DNA from: Gemmatimonadales bacterium
GTDB taxonomy: Bacteria > Gemmatimonadota > Gemmatimonadetes > Gemmatimonadales > GWC2-71-9
Length of the DNA: 64,000 nucleotides
Reading direction: 5' to 3'
Assembly: GCA_035631315.1 (NCBI GenBank)
Contig: DASQIZ010000116.1
Coordinates: 21,189-85,188 of the forward strand
The notes beneath the pieces are model-generated. The model did no database searches. It was given only the letters and a program-made list of their open reading frames with translations, and was not told where the DNA came from. Below, in pieces: positions 35,894-43,706 of the stretch. Position 1 is the first letter of the stretch. Every line of letters begins with the position of its first letter. The position numbers and the translations under genes are program-made.

Positions 35894-37357
35894 ATGACGC
35901 GCGGTCAACTGCAAACGGTCGCGGCTCTCGCCATGTTCGGCGCATCCCCCCTCGGCGCTCAGACCACCGCCCAGTATGACAACGCGCGCACCGGCGCGAC
36001 GGTCCACGAGACCATTCTTACCCCCGCGAAGGTCAAAGCCGGATTCGGCCGTATCACCACACTCCCAGTGGACGGCGATGTCTATGCCCAGCCGCTGGTG
36101 TTCCAAGGCAAGGTGATCGTCGCGACCGAGAACAACTCGGTCTATGCCTTCGACGCCACGACTCTCTCCACCACTCCGGCCTGGCGGGTGAACCTCGGCA
36201 CCCCGTTGTCGTTTCGAGACGTTCGCTGCCCCTTCATTCGACCCAACGTCGGCATCACTCCCACGCCGGTGATCGACCCGGCAACCGGGAGCATCTACGT
36301 CTTGACCCGCACGACCGGTTCCGGGACGTACGAGCAAACCCTGCACCGTCTCGACATCCGGAATGGGCGCGACCTGACGCCCCCGATCTCCGTCCACGCG
36401 AGCGTGCCGGGATCGGGTATCGATGCGGCGAACGGGGTCGTGTCGTTCGACCCCCTGCGAGAGAACCCCCGCGCCGCCCTCCTTCTCTATCGCGGCGTGG
36501 TGTACCTCTCGTGGGCCTCGTCGTGCGACGTCGTCCCGTACCATGGATGGGTGATGGGGTACGACGCGAAAACCCTGAAGCAACGCGCGGTGTTCAATGC
36601 TTCGCCCGACGGCGCCGAGGCCGGCATCTGGCAGGCGGACGCGGGGTTGGCGGCTGACTCGACCGGCCACATCTACGCCGCCACCGGGAACGGAAGCTTC
36701 GGCGCGCGGAACTACGGGTCGAGCATCCTCCAACTCATGCTCGCGGGCCCCACCTTGGGGATCACGGACTTCTTCACCCCTTGGAATCAGGCCGAGCTGA
36801 CCAGGGATGACGAGGATCTTGGTTCGTCGGGACCGGTGCTCGTACCGCCGCACTTCATTGTGGTCACGGGAAAAGACGGAATGACGTACGTCGTGAACAC
36901 ACTGGCGATGGGGAAGTTCGGGGCGACCGATCAAGGACGCGTCGTGCAAAGCCTGCGGACCTCGAATGGTGGCTTCGGCGCGGCAGCCTACTGGCATCAC
37001 ACCGTCTACATCTGGGGTTCCGACGATGTCCTCAAGGCCTACACCGTTTCCGGCAAGGGCCTCACGCTCCGCGAGGTATCCTCCGTGAAGGCCACCGATC
37101 CCGGCTCGACGCCCACCATCTCCGCCAACGGTGACCACGACGGCATCGTCTGGGCCATCGAGACGCGCACGTGGAACGGAAGCGACAAGCCCGCGGTGTT
37201 GCACGCCTTTGATGCGAGCGACGTGCGCGTGGAGCTGTTCACGGGTGAAGCCGGTGTCGCTACGCGCTTCGCCATCCCCACCGTTGCCGCAGGGCATGTG
37301 TTCGTCGGTACCAAGGGCGAGGTCGATGTTTACGGGATCCTTGCACCCACCCACTGA
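35894..37357 (+). CDS. secreted PQQ-like beta-propeller repeat protein
   Basis: Signal then QYDNARTGATVHETILTPAKV...VDGDVYAQPLVF...NNSVYAFDA, a pattern typical of PQQ-binding-like propeller proteins. Confidence 0.7.
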   Translation: MTRGQLQTVAALAMFGASPLGAQTTAQYDNARTGATVHETILTPAKVKAGFGRITTLPVDGDVYAQPLVFQGKVIVATENNSVYAFDATTLSTTPAWRVNLGTPLSFRDVRCPFIRPNVGITPTPVIDPATGSIYVLTRTTGSGTYEQTLHRLDIRNGRDLTPPISVHASVPGSGIDAANGVVSFDPLRENPRAALLLYRGVVYLSWASSCDVVPYHGWVMGYDAKTLKQRAVFNASPDGAEAGIWQADAGLAADSTGHIYAATGNGSFGARNYGSSILQLMLAGPTLGITDFFTPWNQAELTRDDEDLGSSGPVLVPPHFIVVTGKDGMTYVVNTLAMGKFGATDQGRVVQSLRTSNGGFGAAAYWHHTVYIWGSDDVLKAYTVSGKGLTLREVSSVKATDPGSTPTISANGDHDGIVWAIETRTWNGSDKPAVLHAFDASDVRVELFTGEAGVATRFAIPTVAAGHVFVGTKGEVDVYGILAPTH

Positions 37358-37384
37358 ATAGCAGCTACCTTTAGCCCTGTCGTC

Positions 37385-39283
37385 ATGGCCGGCTCCCGTC
37401 TACGTATCGCCCTCCTGGTTCTCATCGTCGGTGCGGTCGTCCTGACCAGCACCCTGGGCTTGAGCACGCTCTCCGCGGTCCGGGCGTATGTCGGCGGCGA
37501 GGGGCTCTGGTCCAAGGGCCAGAAGGAAGCGACGCGCGCCCTGCACCGGTACGCGGAATCGAAGGACCAGCGCGACTTCGACGCGTACATCCGCGAAATC
37601 GCGATCCCCATCGGTGACCATCAGGCCCGCATCGCCCTCCAGGGTCCCAATCCCGATCCGACCGTCGTGCGGACCGGATTCATCGAGGGCCGGAACGACT
37701 CGAGTGATGTGGACGCGATGGCGACGCTGTTTCGCCGGTTCGCCCACTTCCGCTATATGCGACAGGCAATCGCGATCTGGACCGAGGGCGACAGCTATAT
37801 CGCCCGGCTCCAGGGTCTGGGCGATTCGCTGCATACCGCCATCGCGTCGGGTCAGGCCGGCAGAGCACAGATCACCGCCCTCCTCGCGCAGGTCGATACC
37901 GCCGATGCCCGGCTCCGGCCCCTCGAAGACGAATTCTCCGCAACGCTCGGTGCCGCGGCGCGCTGGACGCAGAACGTCATCGCCACCGTCATCGGCCTCA
38001 CGAGTCTGCTCCTGGTGGTGGCCGGCGTCGTTTTCCTCATGCGAGAGCAGACCCGCCGGCGGCTCCTGGAAGAGGAGCTGCGGCAATCGCAGAAGCTCGA
38101 GGCGATCGGCCAGCTGGCCGGTGGCATCGCGCACGACCTGAACAACATTCTCACGGTGGTCCTGGGCAACGCCGACCTGTTGGCGAGAACCGGCCCGGGG
38201 CATGAAGACGAGCGCCGCGCGCTCCTCGGCGAGCTCCGCGACGGAGGCCGTCGCGCCGCCGAAATGGTGCGGAAGCTCCTGGCGTTCGGGCGCCGCGAGT
38301 CGATCACGTTGCGTCCCGTCACGCCCAAGTCCGTGGTGGACGAGCTCTCATCGTTCCTCCGCCGGATCCTGCCCGAGACCATCGACATCCAGGTGCAGGA
38401 GGATTCCCACGTTCCGCCCATTCGGGCCGACGCGGTCGCGCTGGGGCAGATCCTCGTCAACCTCGCGACGAATGCGAGGGACGCGATGCCCGAGGGTGGC
38501 CGCTTCACCATCGGCATCGGCCGGCGCACGCTGCCGCCCGGGCACAAGCAGCCACCGGAGCTGCCGCCCGGGGACTATGTCATCATCACCGCGTCCGACA
38601 CGGGGCGCGGAATGGACGAGCAGGTACGCAAGCGGATCTTCGAGCCGTTTTTCACCACGAAGCCCCCCGGTCAGGGCACGGGACTGGGGTTGGCGATGGT
38701 GTTGGGCCTGATGCGCCAACATGGTGGCGACGTCAGCATGGAATCGGAGTCAGGCCGCGGCTCGACGTTCACGCTGTGGTTCCCGCCGACCGCCGAGCTC
38801 CCGAAGCGGGAGACGCCCGCCCCCGCATCGGCGATCGCCGGATCGGCCGCGGGCACCATTCTGCTGGCCGAAGATGAACCGTCGGTGCGGAGGGTGGCGG
38901 AACACGCGCTCGAGCTGGCCGGCTACGTCGTCCTGACGGCCGAAAACGGGAAAGAGGCGCTGGAGATTCTGCGGCAGCGGGGGCGGGAGATCGACCTCGT
39001 CGTGACCGATGTGATCATGCCGGTGATGGGAGGGCGGGAGCTCTACGCGGAAGCGCGTGCCGCGGGATTCACCGACGTCACGTTCCTCTTTACCAGCGGC
39101 TACACCTCACCGGGGGGAGCGGGCAAGGAATTTCATCTCACACCGGACATGCACTTCCTGCGGAAACCCTGGACCCTGAACGAGCTGCTCGACCAGGTCG
39201 CTGCGCTGATGCTCGCCCAGCCGGTCAACCCGACCCAACCTCCTGCACCCACTCCGCAACGGTCTTCACGTCCGCCTGCCTGA
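37385..39283 (+). CDS. hybrid sensor histidine kinase (periplasmic sensor, HisKA, HATPase, REC)
   Basis: Two TM flank a ~170 aa loop. H-box AGGIAHDLNNILTVV, G-boxes DTGRGM and GTGLGL, REC ILLAEDE...LVVTDVIMP. Confidence 0.9.
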   Translation: MAGSRLRIALLVLIVGAVVLTSTLGLSTLSAVRAYVGGEGLWSKGQKEATRALHRYAESKDQRDFDAYIREIAIPIGDHQARIALQGPNPDPTVVRTGFIEGRNDSSDVDAMATLFRRFAHFRYMRQAIAIWTEGDSYIARLQGLGDSLHTAIASGQAGRAQITALLAQVDTADARLRPLEDEFSATLGAAARWTQNVIATVIGLTSLLLVVAGVVFLMREQTRRRLLEEELRQSQKLEAIGQLAGGIAHDLNNILTVVLGNADLLARTGPGHEDERRALLGELRDGGRRAAEMVRKLLAFGRRESITLRPVTPKSVVDELSSFLRRILPETIDIQVQEDSHVPPIRADAVALGQILVNLATNARDAMPEGGRFTIGIGRRTLPPGHKQPPELPPGDYVIITASDTGRGMDEQVRKRIFEPFFTTKPPGQGTGLGLAMVLGLMRQHGGDVSMESESGRGSTFTLWFPPTAELPKRETPAPASAIAGSAAGTILLAEDEPSVRRVAEHALELAGYVVLTAENGKEALEILRQRGREIDLVVTDVIMPVMGGRELYAEARAAGFTDVTFLFTSGYTSPGGAGKEFHLTPDMHFLRKPWTLNELLDQVAALMLAQPVNPTQPPAPTPQRSSRPPA

Positions 39284-39791
39284 CGAACACCTTTTCGGTC
39301 AGGACCCGATGGACCTCGGCGTCCATGTCGAGACAGCCGTCCGAAAGCACGACCAGCCGGTAATCGAGATCCGCCGCCTGCCGCAGCGTCGAAAGCACCA
39401 CGCCACTCGTCGCGATACCGCATAACACCAGTGTGTCCGTATTCCCCGCCCGGAGCACCACGTCGAGGTCGCTCCCGGCGAACGCGCTCACCCGGCGCTT
39501 GGTGATCTGAATTTCCCCTGGTGCCGGGGCAACGGCGGGATGGACGGACGTCGACTGGCCTCCCGTCACGAACCCCGTGGCCGCGATGGCCCCGAACATC
39601 TTGTTTCGCTTCGAGATCTCCGGACGACCTTCCCGAAAGGAGACGGTGACGTAGAGCACCCGGATCCCCGCCTTCCTGGCGGCGGCGACGGCCCTGGCCA
39701 CGCGCGCCAGGTATTCATCCGCAACCCCGTATCGTCCCACGATCCCCTGTTGGACGTCCATCACGAGCAGCGCGGTCGATTCAAGCCCCAT
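39225..39791 (-). CDS. isochorismatase-family cysteine hydrolase
   Basis: ATG 39789-39791 is preceded by [17 protein letters not shown]...[13 protein letters not shown] is the isochorismatase-like pattern. Confidence 0.8.
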   Translation of the reverse strand: MGLESTALLVMDVQQGIVGRYGVADEYLARVARAVAAARKAGIRVLYVTVSFREGRPEISKRNKMFGAIAATGFVTGGQSTSVHPAVAPAPGEIQITKRRVSAFAGSDLDVVLRAGNTDTLVLCGIATSGVVLSTLRQAADLDYRLVVLSDGCLDMDAEVHRVLTEKVFVRQADVKTVAEWVQEVGSG

Positions 39792-39871
39792 GGAACCCTC
39801 ACGAATCCGGTTCACGGTACGGTGTCGTACATGTGTATACTACCGAACAGCCCTTCACGTTGAGGACGAAG

Positions 39872-40441
39872 ATGAGCACGCTCGAATCCCGCCGGAGCTT
39901 TCTCCTTGCATCTGGAGCCGCCCTGGCCGGGCTGGTCGCCTGGCGCTGGCGGCCGATGGCCGGGCACACCCCCACCCTTCAGGGTCCCCCGAAGCTCGTC
40001 AGCATCGTCGAGTTCACCGATGCCGGGGACCGGAAGGGTGTCGTATCGGTGCCGACGGTCGAGAAGACCGATGCAGAATGGAGGGCGCTGCTGCCGCCCC
40101 TGTCGTACGAGGTGACGCGGCACGCCGACACCGAAACACCATTCACCGGCGCTCTGCTGAAGGTCCACGACAAAGGCGTGTTCCGTTGCATCTGCTGCGA
40201 TACGGCGGTGTTCAGCTCCGCGACCAAGTTCGACTCGGGCACCGGGTGGCCCAGCTTCTGGACCCCGATTGCCAAGGAGAACATCACGGAGACGCGGGAC
40301 CTGAGCTACGGCATGGACCGCACCGCCGTCGCCTGCAAGCGTTGCGACGCCCACCTCGGCCACGTCTTCGACGACGGCCCGCAGCCCACCGGGCTCCGCT
40401 ACTGCATCAACTCAGCGGCCCTCAGGTTCGCGAAAGCCTGA
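39872..40441 (+). CDS. msrB: peptide-methionine (R)-S-oxide reductase MsrB with Tat signal
   Basis: ATG 39872 is preceded by GAGGA. Tat motif [20 protein letters not shown]. SelR core has [31 protein letters not shown] and RYCINS. Confidence 0.92.
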   Translation: MSTLESRRSFLLASGAALAGLVAWRWRPMAGHTPTLQGPPKLVSIVEFTDAGDRKGVVSVPTVEKTDAEWRALLPPLSYEVTRHADTETPFTGALLKVHDKGVFRCICCDTAVFSSATKFDSGTGWPSFWTPIAKENITETRDLSYGMDRTAVACKRCDAHLGHVFDDGPQPTGLRYCINSAALRFAKA

Positions 40442-40554
40442 GAAGGCACCCAAACCCCCGGCGCGGGTGGATCCGAACGTGACCCTGAGGGCCGACTAGC
40501 CACTCCCCGGCCACGTGCGTAAACTGCCCAGAGTCGTCACCGTCGAGACCATCT

Positions 40555-40869
40555 GTGCAGCGTCCGCTCGTCGTCACCGTCGTCTTCACTGCAGTCTGGG
40601 CGTGCAGTCGGCGCGCGCCTGCAGTCCCTCCTGTACCGGCAATCGGCGAAGTCCACGTAGACTTGCCCACTCACACCCCAGACTGGACCGTGTTCGACAG
40701 TGGAAGATCCAGCCCCGGGCTCGACAAGGCGAGGCGGGCGAGCCTTCTCACGGACTCAATCGCCGTCACGCCTGAGACGCTGACCCTTCACATCGAGCCA
40801 TTTCCCTTCCCGCGCTCGGATGGACGACCGATTCCATCGGGACGAGTCACGATCCAGGTGACCCCTTAG
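40555..40869 (+). CDS. hypothetical small secreted protein (weak call)
   Basis: GTG start. Hydrophobic N-terminus LVVTVVFTAVWAC. By rough hand count third-position GC is only about 70 percent, lower than the neighbours. No family recognised. Confidence 0.3.
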   Translation: MQRPLVVTVVFTAVWACSRRAPAVPPVPAIGEVHVDLPTHTPDWTVFDSGRSSPGLDKARRASLLTDSIAVTPETLTLHIEPFPFPRSDGRPIPSGRVTIQVTP

Positions 40870-40873
40870 ACAC

Positions 40874-41308
40874 ATGCCCGTCGACCTCGCCGGCGCCACC
40901 GAAGCAGCCACCGAAGTCTTCCGCGCTATGGAGCGAGAGGAGCCCCGGTCCTCAAACGTCCGGAAGCTTGGCGGCGGACGTCTCGCCGCCATCCAGTCCG
41001 GACCCCTCTCGTCGGAAGCCGCCAACACCACGATCCCACGATTCCCGGGGAACCCCAGGCTCGGCGCCTTGGCGGCGATGCCTCCGGAGGAGTTCGGCCG
41101 AGATCATCACCCTAGTCCGGGGACCTGGTGGTTGGCGGATGGATCTGGGTCCCATGTGGGCCGGGATCGATCCATTTCAGTCCCGGCTCCACCTGACGTC
41201 GTTCACGATCGGTACCCGACGCGGGCTCGGCACCTTCCTTTGGACACTGGCCAAGGCCGCCTGGTCGCGGTTCGCGCCGAAACGCATCCCCTAGGTCGAC
41301 TCCTCTAG
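40874..41308 (+). pseudogene. hypothetical ORF with apparent frame switch near 41095-41140 (frameshifted gene or two small overlapping ORFs)
   Basis: By hand count, third-position GC is high in this frame for about 40874-41095. It then drops, while the +1-shifted frame (track ORF 40968..41294) becomes the high-GC3 frame up to its stop at 41294. Confidence 0.2.
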
Positions 41309-42366
41309 CGAGCCCTAATCGTCCCCAGCAACCCTTGGGTCTCATCCCGCGGTCCCGCCGCGAAAAAGAGCGTAGTGGGATCCGCCGCCGCGGGGCCGAA
41401 GGACAACCCCCAGAGCCCTTCGATGACCACGGGATTGCCGGCCGAATCGACGATGGCCGAAACGACGTGCCCGCTCGCATCGAAGGCGGTGATGTGTCCG
41501 TCCCCGAAATTTCCCACCAGGATGTCCCCGACGAGGTTGCCGAACCCCGAGGGAGCCTGCACCACCGCCCAGGGCGAATTCAGCGGACCGTTGGATGCAA
41601 ACCGCCTGACGAGCTTTCCGGAGCTCGCGAAGACATCCACAAATCCATTCCCCGATCCGTGCAGATCGTCCATGCTGTCCGGAGGCGCCCGCAGCGCGAA
41701 GGTGATGTAGAGCGCGCCGCCGATATTCGCGATGCCGAAGGGCGCGTATCCGGCCGGGACCGTCGAATCCGTGAACGACCGCACGAAGGTGAAGCTCGTG
41801 TCGAACACGTCGACCCCATTGTGGCGGAAGTTGGTCGCGAAGAGCATCGGTTTCCCGGCACTCGTATCCATCGCGATGCCCTTGTAGACCGCACTCTGGG
41901 CCGAGCGATTCGCCACCCGACGGGCATGCGGAGTCGACGCGTTCCAAGCCGATATCGTGCCATCTTCGCTCGCGAAGACGAACAGCGCCGCGCCGGCGCC
42001 GGGAATGATGAACGGTGATCCGCTGCTGAAGATCACTCCGGTCGGCGATCCTCCCGATAGGGTGTCGGTGTTCGAAGGAATGGCCACGACGGTCGCAACC
42101 ACACTGCCGTCCGGGTGATAGAGCGTCGAACGGCCGGTGTGGTTGTCGCTAACCCACAGCGTCCCGTTGGTGCTGAACGCGAGACCCCACGGATTGACCA
42201 GGTTGGTGTCGACGATCCGGGTGCCCGCCCCCGCGGAGTCGGCTACGAGGGGCGTCACATTGAAGCGTGTGCCGATGGGCGGCATGACGGGTGTGGTGCT
42301 ATTCGAATCGCCGCAGGCGGCAATGAACGCAACGGCGCCGAGCAGCGCGAATTTGTGCGGGCGCAT
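41305..42366 (-). CDS. TIGR03118-like beta-propeller lipoprotein
   Basis: Lipoprotein signal MRPHKFALLGAVAFIAACG. NLVNPWGLAFSTNGTLWVSDNHTGRSTLY and GNFGDGHITAFD resemble the TIGR03118 / NHL-type propeller family. Confidence 0.7.
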   Translation of the reverse strand: MRPHKFALLGAVAFIAACGDSNSTTPVMPPIGTRFNVTPLVADSAGAGTRIVDTNLVNPWGLAFSTNGTLWVSDNHTGRSTLYHPDGSVVATVVAIPSNTDTLSGGSPTGVIFSSGSPFIIPGAGAALFVFASEDGTISAWNASTPHARRVANRSAQSAVYKGIAMDTSAGKPMLFATNFRHNGVDVFDTSFTFVRSFTDSTVPAGYAPFGIANIGGALYITFALRAPPDSMDDLHGSGNGFVDVFASSGKLVRRFASNGPLNSPWAVVQAPSGFGNLVGDILVGNFGDGHITAFDASGHVVSAIVDSAGNPVVIEGLWGLSFGPAAADPTTLFFAAGPRDETQGLLGTIRAR

Positions 42367-42369
42367 GAT

Positions 42370-42398
42370 GAGCCTCCAAAAGAGCTGAGTGGAGGCTC
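42370..42398 (-). promoter_or_regulatory. SD-sequestering hairpin in the 5' UTR of the TIGR03118-like gene
   Basis: The mRNA sense reads GAGCCTCCA-CTCAGCTCTTT-TGGAGGCTC-ATC-AUG. This is a perfect 9-bp stem whose 3' arm contains the GGAGG Shine-Dalgarno. Confidence 0.5.
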
Positions 42399-42541
42399 AA
42401 GGCGGCAAGACGAATGCCTAGGGAATGACGCGGCGACCGTTGCGGTGGGGCGAGCTACGAGGCCCGCGGCCGACCATCACACTATACGGGGGGAACTGGG
42501 ACGGGATACTGACAGCCCGGCACGCGTGAGCGGTGTAGGCA

Positions 42542-42616
42542 CCCCCGGCTTGCGCCGGGGGTCTGGTACTGCGTCAACGCCAATAGGTGTTCCAAACCCC
42601 GGGCGCAAGCCCGGGG
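42542..42616. repeat. REPIN-like double-hairpin repeat, copy A
   Basis: CCCCCGGC-TTGC-GCCGGGGG-TCTGGTAC, 22-nt spacer, CCAAA-CCCCGGGC-GCAA-GCCCGGGG. The two arms are inverted copies of each other. Intergenic. A second copy lies at 49501-49580. Confidence 0.8.
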
Positions 42617-42639
42617 CCGACTCCGGGCGTATCCGGTGA

Positions 42640-43191
42640 TCACCGGCCGTACAGCGCCGTCAGTACCGCCTTGCCCACCTCGTGCGCGTGGATATTGAAT
42701 CCCACGTACGCCGCTGTCGCACCCGCCGGAATGTCGAGCTTGTCGACGTTCAGCGCGTAGACGGTGATGAAGTAGTGATGGGCCTTGTCTCCGGGAGGAG
42801 GGCACGCACCGCCGTAGCCGGGAGCGCCGAAATCCGTATTCCCCTGCACCGCACCCGCGGGGAGAAGATTCTTCGCGGCATCACCCGCCCCCGTGGGCAG
42901 CGACGTCGTTGTCGCGGGAATGTTGTAGACCACCCAGTGCCACCACCCGCTGCCGGTTGGCGCATCGGGATCGTAGATGGTCACCGCGAAACTCTTGGTC
43001 CCCGCCGGCGCGCCGGTCCAGGCGAGCGCGGGCGACGTGTTGGTGCCGGTGCATCCCATTCCATTGAAGACCTGCGCGCTCTTGAGCGTCTTTCCCTGCT
43101 CGACATCCGTGCTCGTCACCCGGAAGCCCTGGGCCGACAGTGCAGCCCCCGAAAGTGAGAGCGCGACTACGACGGCGGTCATGGATCGCAT
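42640..43191 (-). CDS. YbhB/YbcL family PEBP (Raf kinase inhibitor-like) protein, secreted
   Basis: ATG 43189-43191 gives MRSMTAVVVALSLSGAALSAQG. SPALAWTGAPAGTKSFAVTIYDPDAP...HHYFITVYAL is the PEBP signature. Confidence 0.88.
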   Translation of the reverse strand: MRSMTAVVVALSLSGAALSAQGFRVTSTDVEQGKTLKSAQVFNGMGCTGTNTSPALAWTGAPAGTKSFAVTIYDPDAPTGSGWWHWVVYNIPATTTSLPTGAGDAAKNLLPAGAVQGNTDFGAPGYGGACPPPGDKAHHYFITVYALNVDKLDIPAGATAAYVGFNIHAHEVGKAVLTALYGR

Positions 43192-43268
43192 TGCTTGATC
43201 CCCTAGGATTTTGAGGTCCACGAAGGTATGCCTCGGGAATGCCCGATTTTACAGGGGTTTTCGGCTTC

Positions 43269-43307
43269 TTGACACCGAACTACTACAACTGTAAATCTAC
43301 GACTGTA
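43269..43307 (+). promoter_or_regulatory. sigma-70-like promoter overlapped by two TACAnnTGTA-type (BlaI/CopY) boxes
   Basis: TTGACA (43269-43274), 17-nt spacer, TAAATC (43292-43297). Boxes are TACAACTGTA (43284-43293) and TACGACTGTA (43298-43307), 22 nt upstream of the blaI-like ATG. Confidence 0.6.
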
Positions 43308-43328
43308 GATCACTCTCGAGGCCAGAAA

Positions 43329-43706
43329 ATGCCCGACCGGCACCAGTTAACTGAGCTCCAACTCGCCATCCTCCGCGTCCTCTGGGAGCGCGGCGAAGCC
43401 ACCGTCCAGGACATCTGGGAAGCCCTGCACCCGGAACGCGGACTCGCCCAAACGACCGTCGCGACGATGCTGTCCCGACTGGAACGCCGGGGCGTCGTGA
43501 CCCGTCGGGCCCCCCCCCAGGCGCGGCAGTACCACTACAAGGCCGCCGTGACCGAGCAGGATGTCCAGCACTCCATGGTCGGCGAACTGACTGAACGCCT
43601 TTTCGATGGTGACGTCACCGCACTGGTCCAGCATCTCATCTCAGGCAAGGACGTGAGTCCCGGGGATCTCGCCAAGATCCGCGAAATGATCGAGCGTGCC
43701 GAATGA
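43329..43706 (+). CDS. BlaI/MecI/CopY family transcriptional repressor
   Basis: ATG 43329. LTELQLAILRVLWERGEATVQDIWEAL...TTVATMLSRLERRGVV is a Penicillinase_R winged helix. Confidence 0.88.
   Translation: MPDRHQLTELQLAILRVLWERGEATVQDIWEALHPERGLAQTTVATMLSRLERRGVVTRRAPPQARQYHYKAAVTEQDVQHSMVGELTERLFDGDVTALVQHLISGKDVSPGDLAKIREMIERAE

Noticed and set aside
40451-40471. CCAAACCCCCGGCGCGGGTGG after msrB, resembling the right arm of the REPIN-like repeat
   Set aside because: Only the first ~15 nt match. The hairpin is largely lost and there is no partner arm. I mention it as a possible decayed copy but it is not callable as a repeat unit.
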